A stretch of 63,137 nucleotides of DNA, filler included, from Folioceros fuciformis (lineage: Eukaryota), in assembly GCA_049999805.1 (NCBI GenBank). It is 7 parts of 7 records of this genome, joined end to end, with 100 filler letters (N's around TTAATTAATTAA, not from the genome) between each part and the next. Parts side by side here need not be neighbours in the genome. Positions count along the whole stretch, not along the records: positions 20,810 to 52,714 come from JBNGIO010001223.1; 6 more parts are not named here. The stretch is one strand, 5' to 3'. This document shows, piece after piece, positions 22,783 through 35,819 of the stretch; position 1 is the first letter of the stretch, and every line of letters starts with the position of its first letter. The translations under genes were made by a program, and so were the position numbers. The notes beneath the pieces are model-generated. The model made no database searches. It was not told where the DNA came from and was given only the letters and a program-made list of their open reading frames with translations.

Positions 22783-25700
22783 TTAGGAGACAAATGGATC
22801 TCCAGAGTGGTACTGCGCATACCACCTTTGCTGCTTCTTATGTTCCAACTGCTGCTGCTGCTGTTGTTGCTGCTGGACTAGAAGCTGATGCTGGTGCTGT
22901 TGTTGTGCTGCCTCAAACTGAACCTGCTGTTGATAATGCTGATCAGCTGAGTAATTCTTTTGACTGTCATAGAGATGCTGCCTTTGCAACAATTGCTGCT
23001 GCAGGCTCTTCCCCTCATACGTTCCTGCAGCAGATTCATATGGATACACTGGAGCAGCTTGCCGCCGCTGAGTGGTTCCTGCTCCAGAGAATGGGTATGC
23101 TGTTGCCTCGGCTCTCGATGCACTATCACTGGGCCATATCGCGTAGTCAGAGCTGTACAGTGAAGTCTGACGCTGGAAAGCTTGATTTGACACAGTTGGC
23201 CGGATACCACTGAAGTCATCCAACCAGCGATAGTCATCCACTGGCTGCTGCTCTTCTCCTTCATTGACAGCCACAGGAACTCGTGGCTTGGTCAGGGCCT
23301 GCTGGGTCTCCGGTAGAATGCTGTTCAGAGGCTTGGCTGGGCGAGGACCAAAACCTGGGGGTGGTCTGATACCAGACGGTCCCACCCAGCTTGCACTTGG
23401 AGTCTCCTTACTGTTGGTCCACGTGCTGCTGCTGGTACTGCTGCTCCTGACACTGGCAGGGAGCAATCCAGCAGGGCTAGCACTTGCAAAGCTTGGTGCT
23501 TCTGAAAAGTTGCTCTTCCTGACCTCGGGCTCCAAGTACTGTTGAACAGATGGTTTGCTAGAGACTGGGAAACCCTGAGAACCATACAACGTGGGCATAG
23601 TAGCCCCGTTCTGAAAGCCCTTCACGGCGTCTGACTTGGCAACGGCCTGTGCATTGGTATATAGGCCACTAGAGAACGGAAGAGAAATAGATGGCACCCC
23701 GCTTGAGCCAGCAGTAGAAGCCTGTGCAGGTAAGTCTGCAGTCATCTTTTGAACCCCGGAAACGCCGTTCTCGACACCATACTGCACATTCTTATATCTG
23801 TAGCCACTGGCTAGCGCCTCCAGTTCTTGACTCCATGAAGAAGGTAACTTGTGCTGCCCAATTACTCCAGCTCCTGACAACTTATCGGCACTGACACCAT
23901 CCAACGTGCTCCGAGGCGTCTGCAAGTTCCAGCTAGCAAATGACGGATACCCATCCCGATCAACAAGCCATTCTGCACCACCACCAACTGTGGGGGCAAA
24001 AGGAGAACCAGTCATAGTTGCGTTCATTTCCTGGCTGGGCAAGTTTACAGCAGGGCTCAGGCTTCCTCCTGTGGCCGGGGTACTAGAGCTGATCATTGCT
24101 GCATTGCCTGCTGTCAAAATGCCATTGAGCTGATTATTCTGGAGTGCATACCTTGTACTCGATATGACACCATCCATTGTGGCCTCTGAGAGTGGCACAG
24201 GAGTATCACCAGTGTGAAGCACTGAATCCTGAACAGAAACTGAACCTAGGGCTCCTTGGTCTTCAAGTGCAAGGTTAGATCCATCACCATTTCCTGAGCC
24301 TGCGCTCCTTTGTGTAACGAAGCCATCAGTTGCCCCCAATTTTGGATTTTCAACCCAAGAATCCATCGCAACAGATGAAACCGACTGTCTGCTCATGGGT
24401 TTGAACACAATGACCTCATCCTCATCACCATCAATGCCGCTTGCCACACCTTCAAGCACACTAGGCTTGTGACCCTCGGCTGGCAAGGCTTTAGGCCATG
24501 CCTCTGTCACCTTCACCGCCTTCAAAGCCTGATCCAGACCATTGATCTCATTCTGCACTGGGAATGGCACTCCATTCGCATCATTGTCAGAAGTCTCTAC
24601 AGCTTCTTTCACTGTCTTGGGAGGTAACTCTCCTGCCATAAAAAATCTTCCAAGGTCTTCGTCAAAGCAGATGCCTTTCCCACTGCCATCCAATAATGCC
24701 GCCACTGCTTTCCCAGCTGCCAGAATCCTCCGAGATCGAATCTGCCTCTCCTTCCGATCACCAAGTCCAGCTCGAGGAGGACGTTTACGATAATCAAGTG
24801 CAAGCTGCGCCGGGGCCAGTGGAGTGAACCCTCTCAGCTCGAAGTCTTCCCACAGGGCAACTCCGACCTCACTCTCATCATCCCCAAAACCACCAATGGA
24901 GATAAGTCCCCCTTCCAGACAGTTGTCTGCATCAATTCCTGTTTTGTTGTTGGCACACAGATTATTCAGAAGAGAAACACATTGCCTCCAGAAAAAAGAC
25001 CTTGCATTTGCCTGCTTCTCATCCACATCACTGCCCTCAGCCATCTCTGGTCTACAGGCCAGCCATTCCATGAAAACAAGCATAGCAGGAAGTAAGAGAC
25101 TCTCAGAAGGATCTTTTGAGTCCCCACATCTCCGCATCAGCCGGCCAGCACACTCAAATGCTGCAGTAAAAGCATGCTTGTAGAGAGCAGAGCGTTGCAG
25201 GATTTCCGCGTAGGTGGGATGATGATTCTCGGGACCCCAGTTTACATTGTGCACGGTGAAGATCAGAATGGAAGTAAGCTGCAAGACACCAGCAGCACCT
25301 GCACTTCCAGAACCGATACCACTGCGATGGTCAGACCCGAGTCCAGCCTCGAGATCTGTGTCATCAGGGCACAGGAGCTGCTCCATATCCCGTACCGTGG
25401 CAGCATACACCTCAGAGAACGTCTCAAGACTGCATCAGGCAAAACCTCAGAATCAGATACTATGTAAAAAGAGAGAGGCAATTGACTGTTGAGAAGCCTG
25501 GATTCGAGATTGACATACATACCTAGTCTTTGTAAAAAGAATTCCGTGCAAACGTACAAAACGAACTCTGAAATTTTTTCTGATCTCGGCAATGTTTACG
25601 AGTGAAGCCTTCGTGTCTGCACCATCCTGTTTGCGATCCTTCACAGCAAGCTTTAGTGGTCCATCCCCCAAAGAGAGCATCCTGTCCCCTTTCATTTCCT

Positions 25701-27185
25701 TCCCCTTATCAGAAGATTTAGGAGCCTCCAGCGGCACTAGGGACATTCTAGAATCCTGAGGGGGGAGCTGTGCATATGTCTGACGGTTCTGCGAAATTAA
25801 AGAAACCAAATCAAGCAAGGCACAACATCCCAAAGAGCGTGGAAGTAAAACGTCCGAGACCATAAAAGATACCTGTGTGCCTACCTTTTCGAACAGGAGT
25901 ATAAGATTATCCCTGGCAGTGAGAAAAGGAATTTCAACCAGAAGACTTCGAAAGTATCGATAGACTGCAAGCAGCTCATCCCCAACATACGTGGCCAGGA
26001 CTGCCAACTGCGGATACATAACGCTGTCAGGGCGTAGATGAACTGAGTCTACACTGCAAACCTAACAACAAAACAGTTAGACAAAGAGCCAGGACAGAAA
26101 ATCATGGGTATTACCTGATTGTGGGGATTACCACTGCCGGGCGACAAGGCAGCAGCCTCAAGGTAGTATCCAGCAGCAACCGACCAGTCCTTCAACCGTT
26201 GCTCTTGCTCAGTACTCTGCTCTTTATAGCGCGCAAGGTCTCCAAGAAAGATGAGGCAGCGGTGCCACGATTGCTTGACTCTAAGCACCTCTGCCATCCG
26301 CTCCTCCGAGTCAGGAACACCAGGCTCCCTGGAAAAAGAGAGGTAATCTTGAGACATATTATGCTTGGCCAATAGCTTCTTGATGAGTTCATGGTAGAAC
26401 CCTGTAGCTTCAGCAAGAAAACTCTTGTAGACGGCGAGAATTTTCAAAGTGACATCCCTGCGCGGAGTCAGTCTAGCTGCGGGTATGGGCAAGGCAGGGG
26501 CCGCGGCAGCTGCAGCCTGTACGCCTTTCCGCAGCCGCGCCCGAAACTCCTCAATACGCTTGTAGTGCAAGCGCCAAAGGGCAGGCTCCACCTCATGTGC
26601 CTCCGCAAAAGCATGATCTTCGAGCAGCACAAACTCATAAGCCTCTCGGATTGCATTCCGCAACCCCCGAACATTAGGATCCGCGGAGCCCTTGGATTGG
26701 ATCAACGCCCGAAGCTGCTTCTCTAGCTCCAGAGCCTGACATGCACAACATCCCACTCCCTAGTCAAGAACAAAGTCCACTAACCCCCGCAACGCCGACA
26801 GATTCCTCTGCCACAGCCAAAAGGGCGCAGACTTCCGCGATTCCGCCACACTTCTCCGCCTCGCTGATCCGCCACGGCAAGCCAGTTTCCAGCAATCCAG
26901 CACTGTACACGGCTGTCCAGCAGCAGCCATGCAGCCGCGGAGATTCGATTGAGATTGAGCGTGAAAGATAAAAAAAAGCCAACAACGAGGGGCGGGATGA
27001 CCCCCGAGCCACCTGCAAGGCACTCTACCACAGTCTCCACCAGTGCCCGGGAATCAGAGCAAGCCACAAGGTGGACATGATGGAGGTAGAGTCTCTTCCA
27101 GGAGTTATAAACAGACCTGAGCGTAACGCTGCTGAGCCCTGGTGTGAGCGGAAGGTGATGTAGAGGAGTCAGTCTGCAGCCTCAT
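22783..27185 (-). CDS. SMG7: Nonsense-mediated decay factor SMG7 (EST1 family), 5 coding exons
   Basis: Exons 27185-27117, 26735-26115, 26007-25885, 25788-25523, 25429-22783. Motifs LWRLHYKRIEEFR, CLIFLGDLARYKE, GSGNPHNQLAVLA, YRYFRSL, ALWEDFELRGFTPL, EDEVIVFKP, RPPPGFG and DDYRWLD; poly-Q C-terminus. Alternative upstream ATG at 27236. Confidence 0.93.
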
Positions 27186-28985
27186 CCTCTCCTCGGCGCC
27201 GCCCTCCTTTCTCCGTCCTCCTCCGTCCCCCTCCATTCCTTCATCTCTCACCTTCTCATACCATCTCATCGTCCAGCCACGCGACCTAATACTCTTCTGT
27301 CCACGGCACCTTGCTCTTATTATACCTATGAGCCATTGAAATGGAAAGCCACTCCGTTTATTCAAGACTACCGTAATTGTTGTGCAAGCTAACTACATAC
27401 CTTAGCATGTTGTGGCTTCCAAGCCTACTCCAGCAAACTACAAATTACATACAATGTAGTATATCTACTGTCCAAGTATTATTAATTTTCTTGGTAAAAT
27501 TTAATCATATTGTTTTCTCATATACTCATACCTTTCAAAGGTATCAAATTTCCAGAACAGAAAATGCCAAAGATTTTTTTTAATTATTATACATTATTTT
27601 TCATATATTAATATATATAAAACCCTACAACTAATTAATCTTGAAGAGAATAATCTAATTCGTCACTTTAGAGTTAAATTCACCACTTTCACGTAACCAA
27701 ACAAGGTAGGAGATGTAATTGTGACTGACTTTTCGTGTATTTTGAGGGATGTCGCCAGGAAACCGTTCAACACCCCGTCCCTTTGTTCTGATGATGCGGG
27801 TCTGCAACGGCTTGACGAGAAAGTGCAATGTTGCTTCGGATCCGTCTGTCAGATTTGACAGCCTGCAATTCGATGCACAGTGTTTGATATGTAGATGAGA
27901 GCCAGACCTGAACCGCTCAAAAACTGATAGCTCGGAGGCACGACAAAGTCAGCGAACTTGTGACTGTTCATGCTGACAAATGGCCCACTCCGCCTGGAGG
28001 AAGATAGGCCCCTGATTCGGCCTGCACGAAAACACTCAGGGTGGAGGCATCCTCTAAATTGCTACGGCACCACATCTTGCTGCTGCAACGCCGAATTCCT
28101 GAATCGTCCTTCACCTGCATGAAACGAAGCTTATGCATAGCCCCAGAGCTACTCCAATTCGCTGGAACCTCGATCCGGTACCACTCCAACGTAATATAGC
28201 CTATGGACTGCAGCATCTCCCATGGCCTTTCGGAGGTCAGGAGTGAATGAATGCAGGTGATGAGCTGCCTCCGGAAGTTTCTGATTTCTTCTTTGCCAGT
28301 GCCGTAGAAAGTGCAGGAGGAGCCATATGTCGATATCAGCCCCTGGGTCTTTGCGGATGGGAAAACAGCTTCATGTGCAGGTTAGATGACAAGGACTTGA
28401 CACAGATGTGTTTGAAGCCAACAGTTTGAGAGACACGTGTGCGATGTGGTGCAGCATAGAAGATGCTTAGAGCGTCAAACGGAATAGGCTAGGGGGCATT
28501 TCCCTTGCATGAAGCTGTGAAAGGAGAACGCATGTGCGAATTCCCTACCTGTGTGTAGCCCGGTGCTTGCACAGATTGAAGAAGACGATCTTCGCACTGG
28601 TTTGATACACGTATGGAACGTATGGTAGCATGGTTGATGCGCAATAAGTGTTTGAGGCATTGCCTGGAAGAGACGAAGTTGTCTGCAGTGCCCTCCTGAC
28701 TACAGGCTACATCCATCAAGGAGGCAGTGAAGTGGTTCTCGACTGGTTCGAGAGAGAAGCAAAGGGGATGGCTTACAGTCACATGTTATGACACTCGTCG
28801 GCGGTAAAGTGCTTCGTTCCTGCCAACCGCTTCCATCCTGTCGGCTCATTTCTCCTGTTCGTTTCAAGCCTTCAAATCGCCACGAAAACGAGTCGCATGG
28901 GCAAACAAAACCTTGAAAGTACAACAACGCAACCCTGTCAAGTGGGTTCGGGGTGGGCAACGCGCAAGCTTGGAGCCTCGCGAAG

Positions 28986-29561
28986 ATGTCACGCTGGGGA
29001 AAGCGTAAGGCACCTGCGACTGAAGCCAAGGAGGACGACGAAGCTGCTTCGGACAACGGCATTACCGCCTGGGAGGTGTGTACCAAGCTGGTGTGCTGAT
29101 AACATAGCGTTAGGTCATTGCTTTGCCATACCAGCGAAGTCGCTACGCTGCACATCCGGAACGCGGCTGAGTGGAGTTGTTTGGCAGCTGTCCAAAAACC
29201 GTAAGGTGGTTGTCAGGGAGTGGAAGGGCCAGATTTTGGTTGATATCCGCGAGTTTTACACCAAAGATGGCCAGGTTCTGCCAACCAGGAAAGGTGAGCA
29301 ATGTCGCACTTTCATCAGCGTCCTGGTGTCTTGATAGCGGATGCTGCCTTCTTGACCTTATTCGACGGTGCCTCGTGTTCGTGCGCAGGGATATCCTTAA
29401 CGTTAGAGCAGGTGAAATCCCGCAATTGCCTTTCCTTGCGTTGTCCTTTTCCCATGTGCATCGCATGCCCTATCTGATTGTGTCTCCAAATTCGTGTGTT
29501 GCAGTGGGAGATGTTGCGGAAGCATGCCGATGAAGTTGATTCGGCTTTGGAGGAGGTGTGA
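28986..29561 (+). CDS. KIWI: PC4/Sub1-family transcriptional coactivator (KIWI-like), 4 exons
   Basis: Exons 28986-29075, 29188-29293, 29389-29411, 29505-29561 give LSKNRKVVVREWKGQILVDIREFYTKDGQVLPTRKGISLTLEQWEMLRKH. Confidence 0.88.
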
Positions 29562-30007
29562 TAGACACAAGGTGCCGCGACTTGTGAGCGCGCCCTACTG
29601 ATGCCGCACAATGTAGCGTCCTTGGCATTCGTCCAGAACTCACTACACAGATGTTGGCCCTTATCGTAAGCCACCGTATCAGCACTGTCCTCGGCAGTTG
29701 GTCTGACCCTGTACATGCTACGGCGGACCTCCGAGTCGCTACCTAGTCTTTTTGTAAGCTACCGAACGAGTAGTGAACCCTTTGAACTACTGAATCGTGA
29801 TTCGGAGTACCAAAACCGAAACGCGAGTCAAGAACACCTGAAGCGGCGACTCTGGAGGTGGCTAGTCACAAAACTACCAGATTCCATGGCGGTTCGATAC
29901 ACGTATTATTGTGGCCTCCCTGTAGCGCATGGCTGGTAGCCCCGGGTATGGCAGATCCTGGACGCGCAGCGCTGGTGAGGCGTTACGTGGCTTGATTATT
30001 CACAGCA

Positions 30008-31780
30008 ATGTCTGGCATCAGCTTGAACCACCCGAGCTGGACTCCCAGTCCGGTAGCCTGGCTTAGTCCTTTTCAGGGAAGAAGCGCGTGTTGGCTGAGC
30101 GCATCCGGACGGACTGTGGACTGGCAGCGGGATGGGAATGAAAGCGGGCAAGAGTGGCCTAGGAGAAGGCTGTTTGCCAGCTTGCTAGCAGGATATGAAG
30201 TCGCACCTTCTTCCCCCGCAGTCTGCAGAGCCGTGTGGGGTTCGCGTGGACAGTTAGCGGACAAAGCTCTCTACGATGACTTCGTTGATGCTGCGATCGA
30301 GAAGGTGCAACAGCACGCCGGAATCACTCCTTTTCTGCACCAGGTATCGGTCCTTACTCTCGACGGCAAAGGCAGCTGAGACTTCCGGCAAAGAAGTCAC
30401 CGAAGTGCTTTGGAGTTGCTTGTTGCACAATGGCAAATCATTGAAAGCATGGATTGTGCTTTTGTCGGTCAGGAACAGTTTGATCACATGACTGCCGCGG
30501 ATGGTACAACTCGGGTTAGCAACTTCGCGTTTGAATCGCCAAAAATCCGTCTCTTCCGAGTCGCGGAAATAGATGGCGGAGATGCGCTACAGGTCGGGGG
30601 CTTTTTTCTTTTCTTTTCCTTTTCCTGCTCAGTCGCTATGTTGTGCTGCACTGATTGCAGCTGAGAAATTTTTCTCCATGCAGGTGCTGAATGTGGCCAT
30701 ATTTCCCAGGCCTCAATACGATCTACCGATCTTCTGTGCTGATTTCTTTTCTACATCAACGAGAAACATTATTGTCCTGTGAGATGTGCACGCCTTCCTT
30801 GTGTTCCTCCCGTTCCTTGGCTTTGAGAGTGGATCTCTGGTTCTTCGCAGTGTCAATGGATGCTCATACTGGTCTCTCTACGTAGGGACTTCAATCCTCT
30901 GTTTGACACAAGAGACAATAAGAGCTACAGAGAGAAGTACTTCTCTGAATTGATGCCCTTGGGAAACAGATACGCAGAGGTGTGAAGGTTTCCAGGTTGC
31001 TTTGGTTGTTGTCTTGTTTCCTTCAATTTGCCAAGGAGCTGAAAGTTCGTCCTTGCACTGGGACCTCCCTCGCTGCAGTTGCTACCTTGGGGAGACAAAT
31101 TGACATCTGAATCATTGCGGTTCTTTTCCCCCATAGTAATCTGGACGAGGCCTGAAACCCGTGATGTTGTGAAGGGCGCTGTGTTTGATGCGTATCAGGA
31201 CTATCTTGAGGTACAGTCCACTTCGGTTGGAGACTTCGTGATGTAGAACTATATTGAATGCAGGGCAGCAATGATGGCATTTTGCCGTGCAGGCTTATAT
31301 GACGCTGGTGGATACTGCAATTCCTTCCGCGAATGAGGAAGATGTCGTCCGCAACACAGAGGCTCAACATCGGTATCTTATGTGGCGGGCAACCAAGGTA
31401 CGTCACACAGCCTATCATTTCGCGAGACTGACGTCAGCTGCGTCTTATGTGTGAACTCGTTCCCAAATGAGCAGGATCCAGGACGTCCTGTACTAACACG
31501 CCTTTATGGAGAAAGGTTATGTGAGGTGAGCCGCTTCGGTCAGTCTCTGCATTGTTGAACGGTACAAATAACACAGTATGACTGTTTTGCCGCTTGGTGG
31601 TAGAGTTATGTGAAGCACTTTCTGTTCAATGGTCTTGACACCCTCGGCAGCAAAAGCTTCCTGGACTACTTCCCCGAGTACACGGATTCCACAGGCTGCC
31701 TCAGTAAACAGCGGAGTATGTTGGGGAAATCTTATCCCACTCGTCCGTGGGACAGAGACGGCAATTTTATGCAAGAATAA
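30008..31780 (+). CDS. HY2: Ferredoxin-dependent bilin reductase, HY2 lineage, plastid-targeted; 8 exons
   Basis: Exons 30008-30343, 30473-30592, 30684-30778, 30886-30979, 31079-31210, 31293-31397, 31475-31525, 31604-31780. Motifs YDLPIFCADFF, LDFNPL, LPWGDKLTSESLRFFSP, AQHRYLMWRATKDPG and the HY2-type tail FLFNGLDTLGSKSFLDYFPEY...GKSYPTRPWD. Confidence 0.9.
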
Positions 31781-31868
31781 GAGCGATTGTGAATCCATAT
31801 CACAATTTTGTAGTAGCCACAGAAAACAAGGTTGTAACCTGTACAAACCGAGGCTTGACTATGGAGAA

Positions 31869-34800
31869 TTATTTCGCGACTTCGTCATTCAGGATTGAGT
31901 GATTATCCTGAAGGTCGATTCGCACTAAATTGTACGTGCCAGCAGTATCGAGAACGGTAGTGTTGAGGATATCTTCCAACTTCTCTTCAGACATGATCAG
32001 TGCCGATGAAACTCTGCCATGGAGTAACTCAAAATGGCATAAGAAAATATGAAGTAGAAGATGTTTATGCGAAGCCATTACCGGGTATATCATCGAGGAA
32101 AGATCGATTACAATGGAGCAGCCTCATGAAGTACACGCAAAGCCTCCGAAATGTTGTCGAAAAATGCTGTTGGTAATCTGCACACACGTTAAGAGCAGGT
32201 CAGTCTGTTCAAAACGCATCACGAGGTGCTAATGACTACAAAAACGCGAAAGCTTACTTGCTGTAAAATACGACACTAGGCATCCTGGTGCCCACCATCA
32301 CCAATGGTTCGCCAGCTTGCTGTCAAAAGAACACAACATCCTGTGAGCCCGATTGCAGCATTGACAACTGACGAATGTATGCTTCTCGTACGCTCACTTG
32401 TAGTTTTGCCGCCGTGGTGGCCAGATTCCTGAGGGGTTGTTGCCGCACTTCATCCACTACTTTGTAGACTGGATGTACGAAGGCTCCCAGGAATATCAGC
32501 ATGGTAATCGTGTGGAGAACCCATAGAGGTAACAGTTTTCTTGTGTCCACAGGTACGGCCTGAGGAGTTTCAGAAGATTTCCCTCGAAACTTGGGCATGT
32601 AGATAGTTGCAAATTCAGACGTCCGAGTAGCAAATGTCCCAGCGATTGCGAAGATCAAGAGTCCAAGTTCGTGTAAGTGCTTTTCTCCCACCAATAAACC
32701 AATGAGAGCAGCCTGCATAGGAAGGACATTGCCGTGTCAAAGTATCCTGACATGCAATAGCATGAATATGGAACATTCAAGCTGCATAGCTACCTGTTTA
32801 TCACCAGAAGCCTGAAGAAGTGCTGGAGAGAACCAGACAGCTCCGGCCACGAGTTGATACACAATAGAAGGAGCTAATCCTTTAGCAAGGTCACCATTCT
32901 CATCCGGTTTCTTCGAAAGATGTGCAGCCGCCAGGAGGGCCACTGCTGGGGCAATCGGAAGGTAATAAGATGGCAACTGTGCAGAAAGTTTGTGGGAACA
33001 CATCAGGTGCTGTGTCTTCAGCTACATGTGAGAACCTGGGACATCCATAACACTGACATACCTGTGTTGATGATAAAGCGAAGAGGCTGAAACCAACAAT
33101 TAACCAGATTGCGGAAAACAGAGTAAGCCTTCGTGCTCTAGAGACTTCTTGCCATTGCAGGCGTCTCCCCCAGGGATTTATCTCAGCCAGTGCTGGTGGC
33201 AAGGACACTGACCATGGCAAATACATGAGGAACACCACTGCTAGACCATACCACCACGGCCGACCACCGTGATGATTCACCCCCTTCATAAAACGCTGCA
33301 CAGAACGAGCGAAAAAATCTCCTTCACGTCTGGTCCCCAGAATACCTCAGCAATCCAAGCATAGCTATCAGAAGCAAGGACAAGAAATTGCAACAGGAAT
33401 AAAAACACCTCAATGTTATGGTAACCGAAAAACGTTGATATGTACATCAGCCCATGTCGATATAGCATTGTCAAGTACCATGGCAGGTTCATAACCAGCA
33501 AAGTCAGCGTGCCTTCAACCCATGGAAGCTCCCGCCTTCCCATACGACAGCAACCTCCAAGTCAGATGCGAAATCAGATGGGTGCCAGAAAAAGATTAAA
33601 AGCTCCCCCTTGAATTATGCTTACATCAGAACCTGTTTCAGGTCTCCGATGCAAATCAGGAAGGCGGTGCAAACCAGTACCTGCAAATAGATCAGAGAAT
33701 TGAGTTGGAATATACGTTCTGTCATTGCAGTGCTGCTGACATGGTGTGCGTAACCAGGAATACAGACCGGAAAGGCAATGCCAACGGGTCCTTTGGCAAG
33801 ACAAGCCAGGCCCATGAAAAGAGCAGACAAGAAATACCCCCACTTGTACTTGCGTGGGGACTCTGTGAATCCGACATAGCCCCAGAAGAAGGTCAACAGA
33901 GCTCCAGCTATTGTGCCGGTTAGAAGCATGTCTGAAAGAGCTGTGCTCCCCCAGGCCAGAACCTGCACGCATATTGTGGGTAGGTGAGAACAAAGGATAT
34001 CCCAGAGAGAGAGCATTGCAGCTCTTGTGCAGCAGCTGACCTCCAGATTCAGTGCAAAGGCTGCTGCAGCAATGATGGCGGGCAGGTAAGATGCTAAGCA
34101 TGTATCATTTTCCTCGTCCAGTGCCTTCGGTGCCAATTGCAGCGAAAACCTTCTCACCGTGACCAGGAGCCCCAAAAGCAGCCCTACGGCACATAAGGCT
34201 GATGGAAGCCTGAAAGCCCAGACTTCAGGCCCTAGGATTTTCCCCTACAGGCAGCAACAAGTACACAGTGCAATGCAATTCACCGGTCAAAACCCACAGA
34301 GAGAATGCACTCGCTCCTACTAAACGAGACAAAGACTAACGAACAAACCCAGTGTGGAACCTTACCGACATTGCCATCAACCAATATATGAGCACGGGCT
34401 TGTCAAACCGGGGCTGTGCATTGAATTGAGGGGTGATGTAATCGCCAGTTACAATCCTGCATTGCGAGTTCTTTTAAAAAGATACCTGCATTCGTACAAA
34501 CTGTGACAGACCCACATGAGACTTGCAAGATCTCATAGACGGTTCATTCACTTGAGCTTTCAAACAACGTGCAGGCGCATTTACATTTGCCTAGCAGCTT
34601 CCACAAAAAGCGGTTCAGTATCATCCACCAAGCCAGCTGCTCCAAGGTTCCTAAACCAGGCAACTCCCGCTAGAGCCCCAAGAAACATAGCTCCAGCCAG
34701 CTTCCTCTGTAGAGGAGTCATCTGGTTTGCAACCCCTGCCAAATCAGGGAATTGTAAAGGTCGGTACAGGAGGCTCGGTATAGACACCACTCTCCTTGTC

Positions 34801-35153
34801 CGAGGTCTTCCTCTTCGCCGCGTTTTGTCCTGTCCATTCTCAGCTCCCTCTTCCTGCTCCTTACGAGCGACAATCCACCCTGCTGCACTCTGTGGCAGTC
34901 GAACTCCAGTCCTGTACCCCGAGCTCATAGCGATCGCGTGATGCAACTGCAATCCATGAAACTGTCTCCGCCACAGTGCACGATTCTTTGCAGCCTTGGG
35001 GTGCCCAAAGGCTTGAGTGTACTTCCCACGCTCCTGCGTACAGAAGGGCACCCAGGCGGGAAGCCTACTGTTGCTGCCCTGCTGCAGAATCCCTGTGGTC
35101 AACATGTGCATCTTGCAAAACTCCAATGGCCGAGTGCAACCGGCGGAAGCCAT
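31869..35153 (-). CDS. ArnT/GT83-like (PMT/GT39 clan) polytopic membrane glycosyltransferase with N-terminal extension; about 12 exons
   Basis: Spliced product contains GLVDDTEPLFVEAARQMIVTGDYITPQFNAQPRFDKPVLIYWLMA, WAFRLPSAL, SDMLL, LAKGPVGI, PWY, FFGYHNIERF, LPSYYLP, RQQPLR, PSVVFY and GTYNLVRI. About 11 GT-AG introns; start ATG uncertain. Confidence 0.85.
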
Positions 35154-35819
35154 CAGTGCATCCCAAAACTTCACTACACTGCCTGCCTGATGGTTGTTAA
35201 CCTGAAGGACGGCCTGACTACAAATTCCATTCCCAGGAGAGCAGCCTTTACCTTCGCACGGTCCAGCAGACGATTCCAACCAGCTCACAACCAGTCGGAA
35301 AAATTCGAAACTTCTAACTAAAACCACGAACTCTGTTTTCTTGCTCGGAACAGCGTCTACAGGATGTGAAGAGTTCTTCTGCGAAGCCGTTCAAACATCC
35401 TGGGCTCTGTGGACTAAATGACTTGTTTTGGAGCTTTGACATAGGTTGTTGATTTGTGTGCAGCTGGGGAGCTTCATTGTGGGTTTTATGTTGGAAGTTC
35501 TGGCAATGCAGGGCCTGATAGATGAGGACTGGTGTAATGCAGGTGGATGTCGCATGGTTTTTGAACTTGATGGAGCTCACAACAGACAGCACAGTGCACG
35601 CAATGCCAGTTATTAGACTGTGAGATGTTGCTATGGAATTGTCGAAGAAGCTGTTCATCTTTACAAAGTTACGACTGGCCCGAATACCGGAGCAGGCATC
35701 ACATGCCGCCTCCATCCCCTCTCACGTTCCCATGCCCTTGATCCAGTATCGCGGCCCTGCGCCCATCTTGCCCATCTTGCCCATCGCCGTATTGTTCTGG
35801 TCTATACCGAGCTTGAGAT

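Noticed and set aside
27960-28790. Splice-like signals and short ORFs on the minus strand upstream of KIWI
   Set aside because: No coherent reading frame or recognisable protein could be assembled.
30008-31780. PebB, PUBS or PcyA identity for the bilin reductase
   Set aside because: The C-terminal FLDYFPEY...GKSYPTRPWD extension and overall colinearity fit HY2 best; a phylogeny is still needed.
31869-35153. Bacterial or cyanobiont contamination as the source of the ArnT-like gene
   Set aside because: It has about 11 spliceosomal introns and is contiguous with plant nuclear genes.
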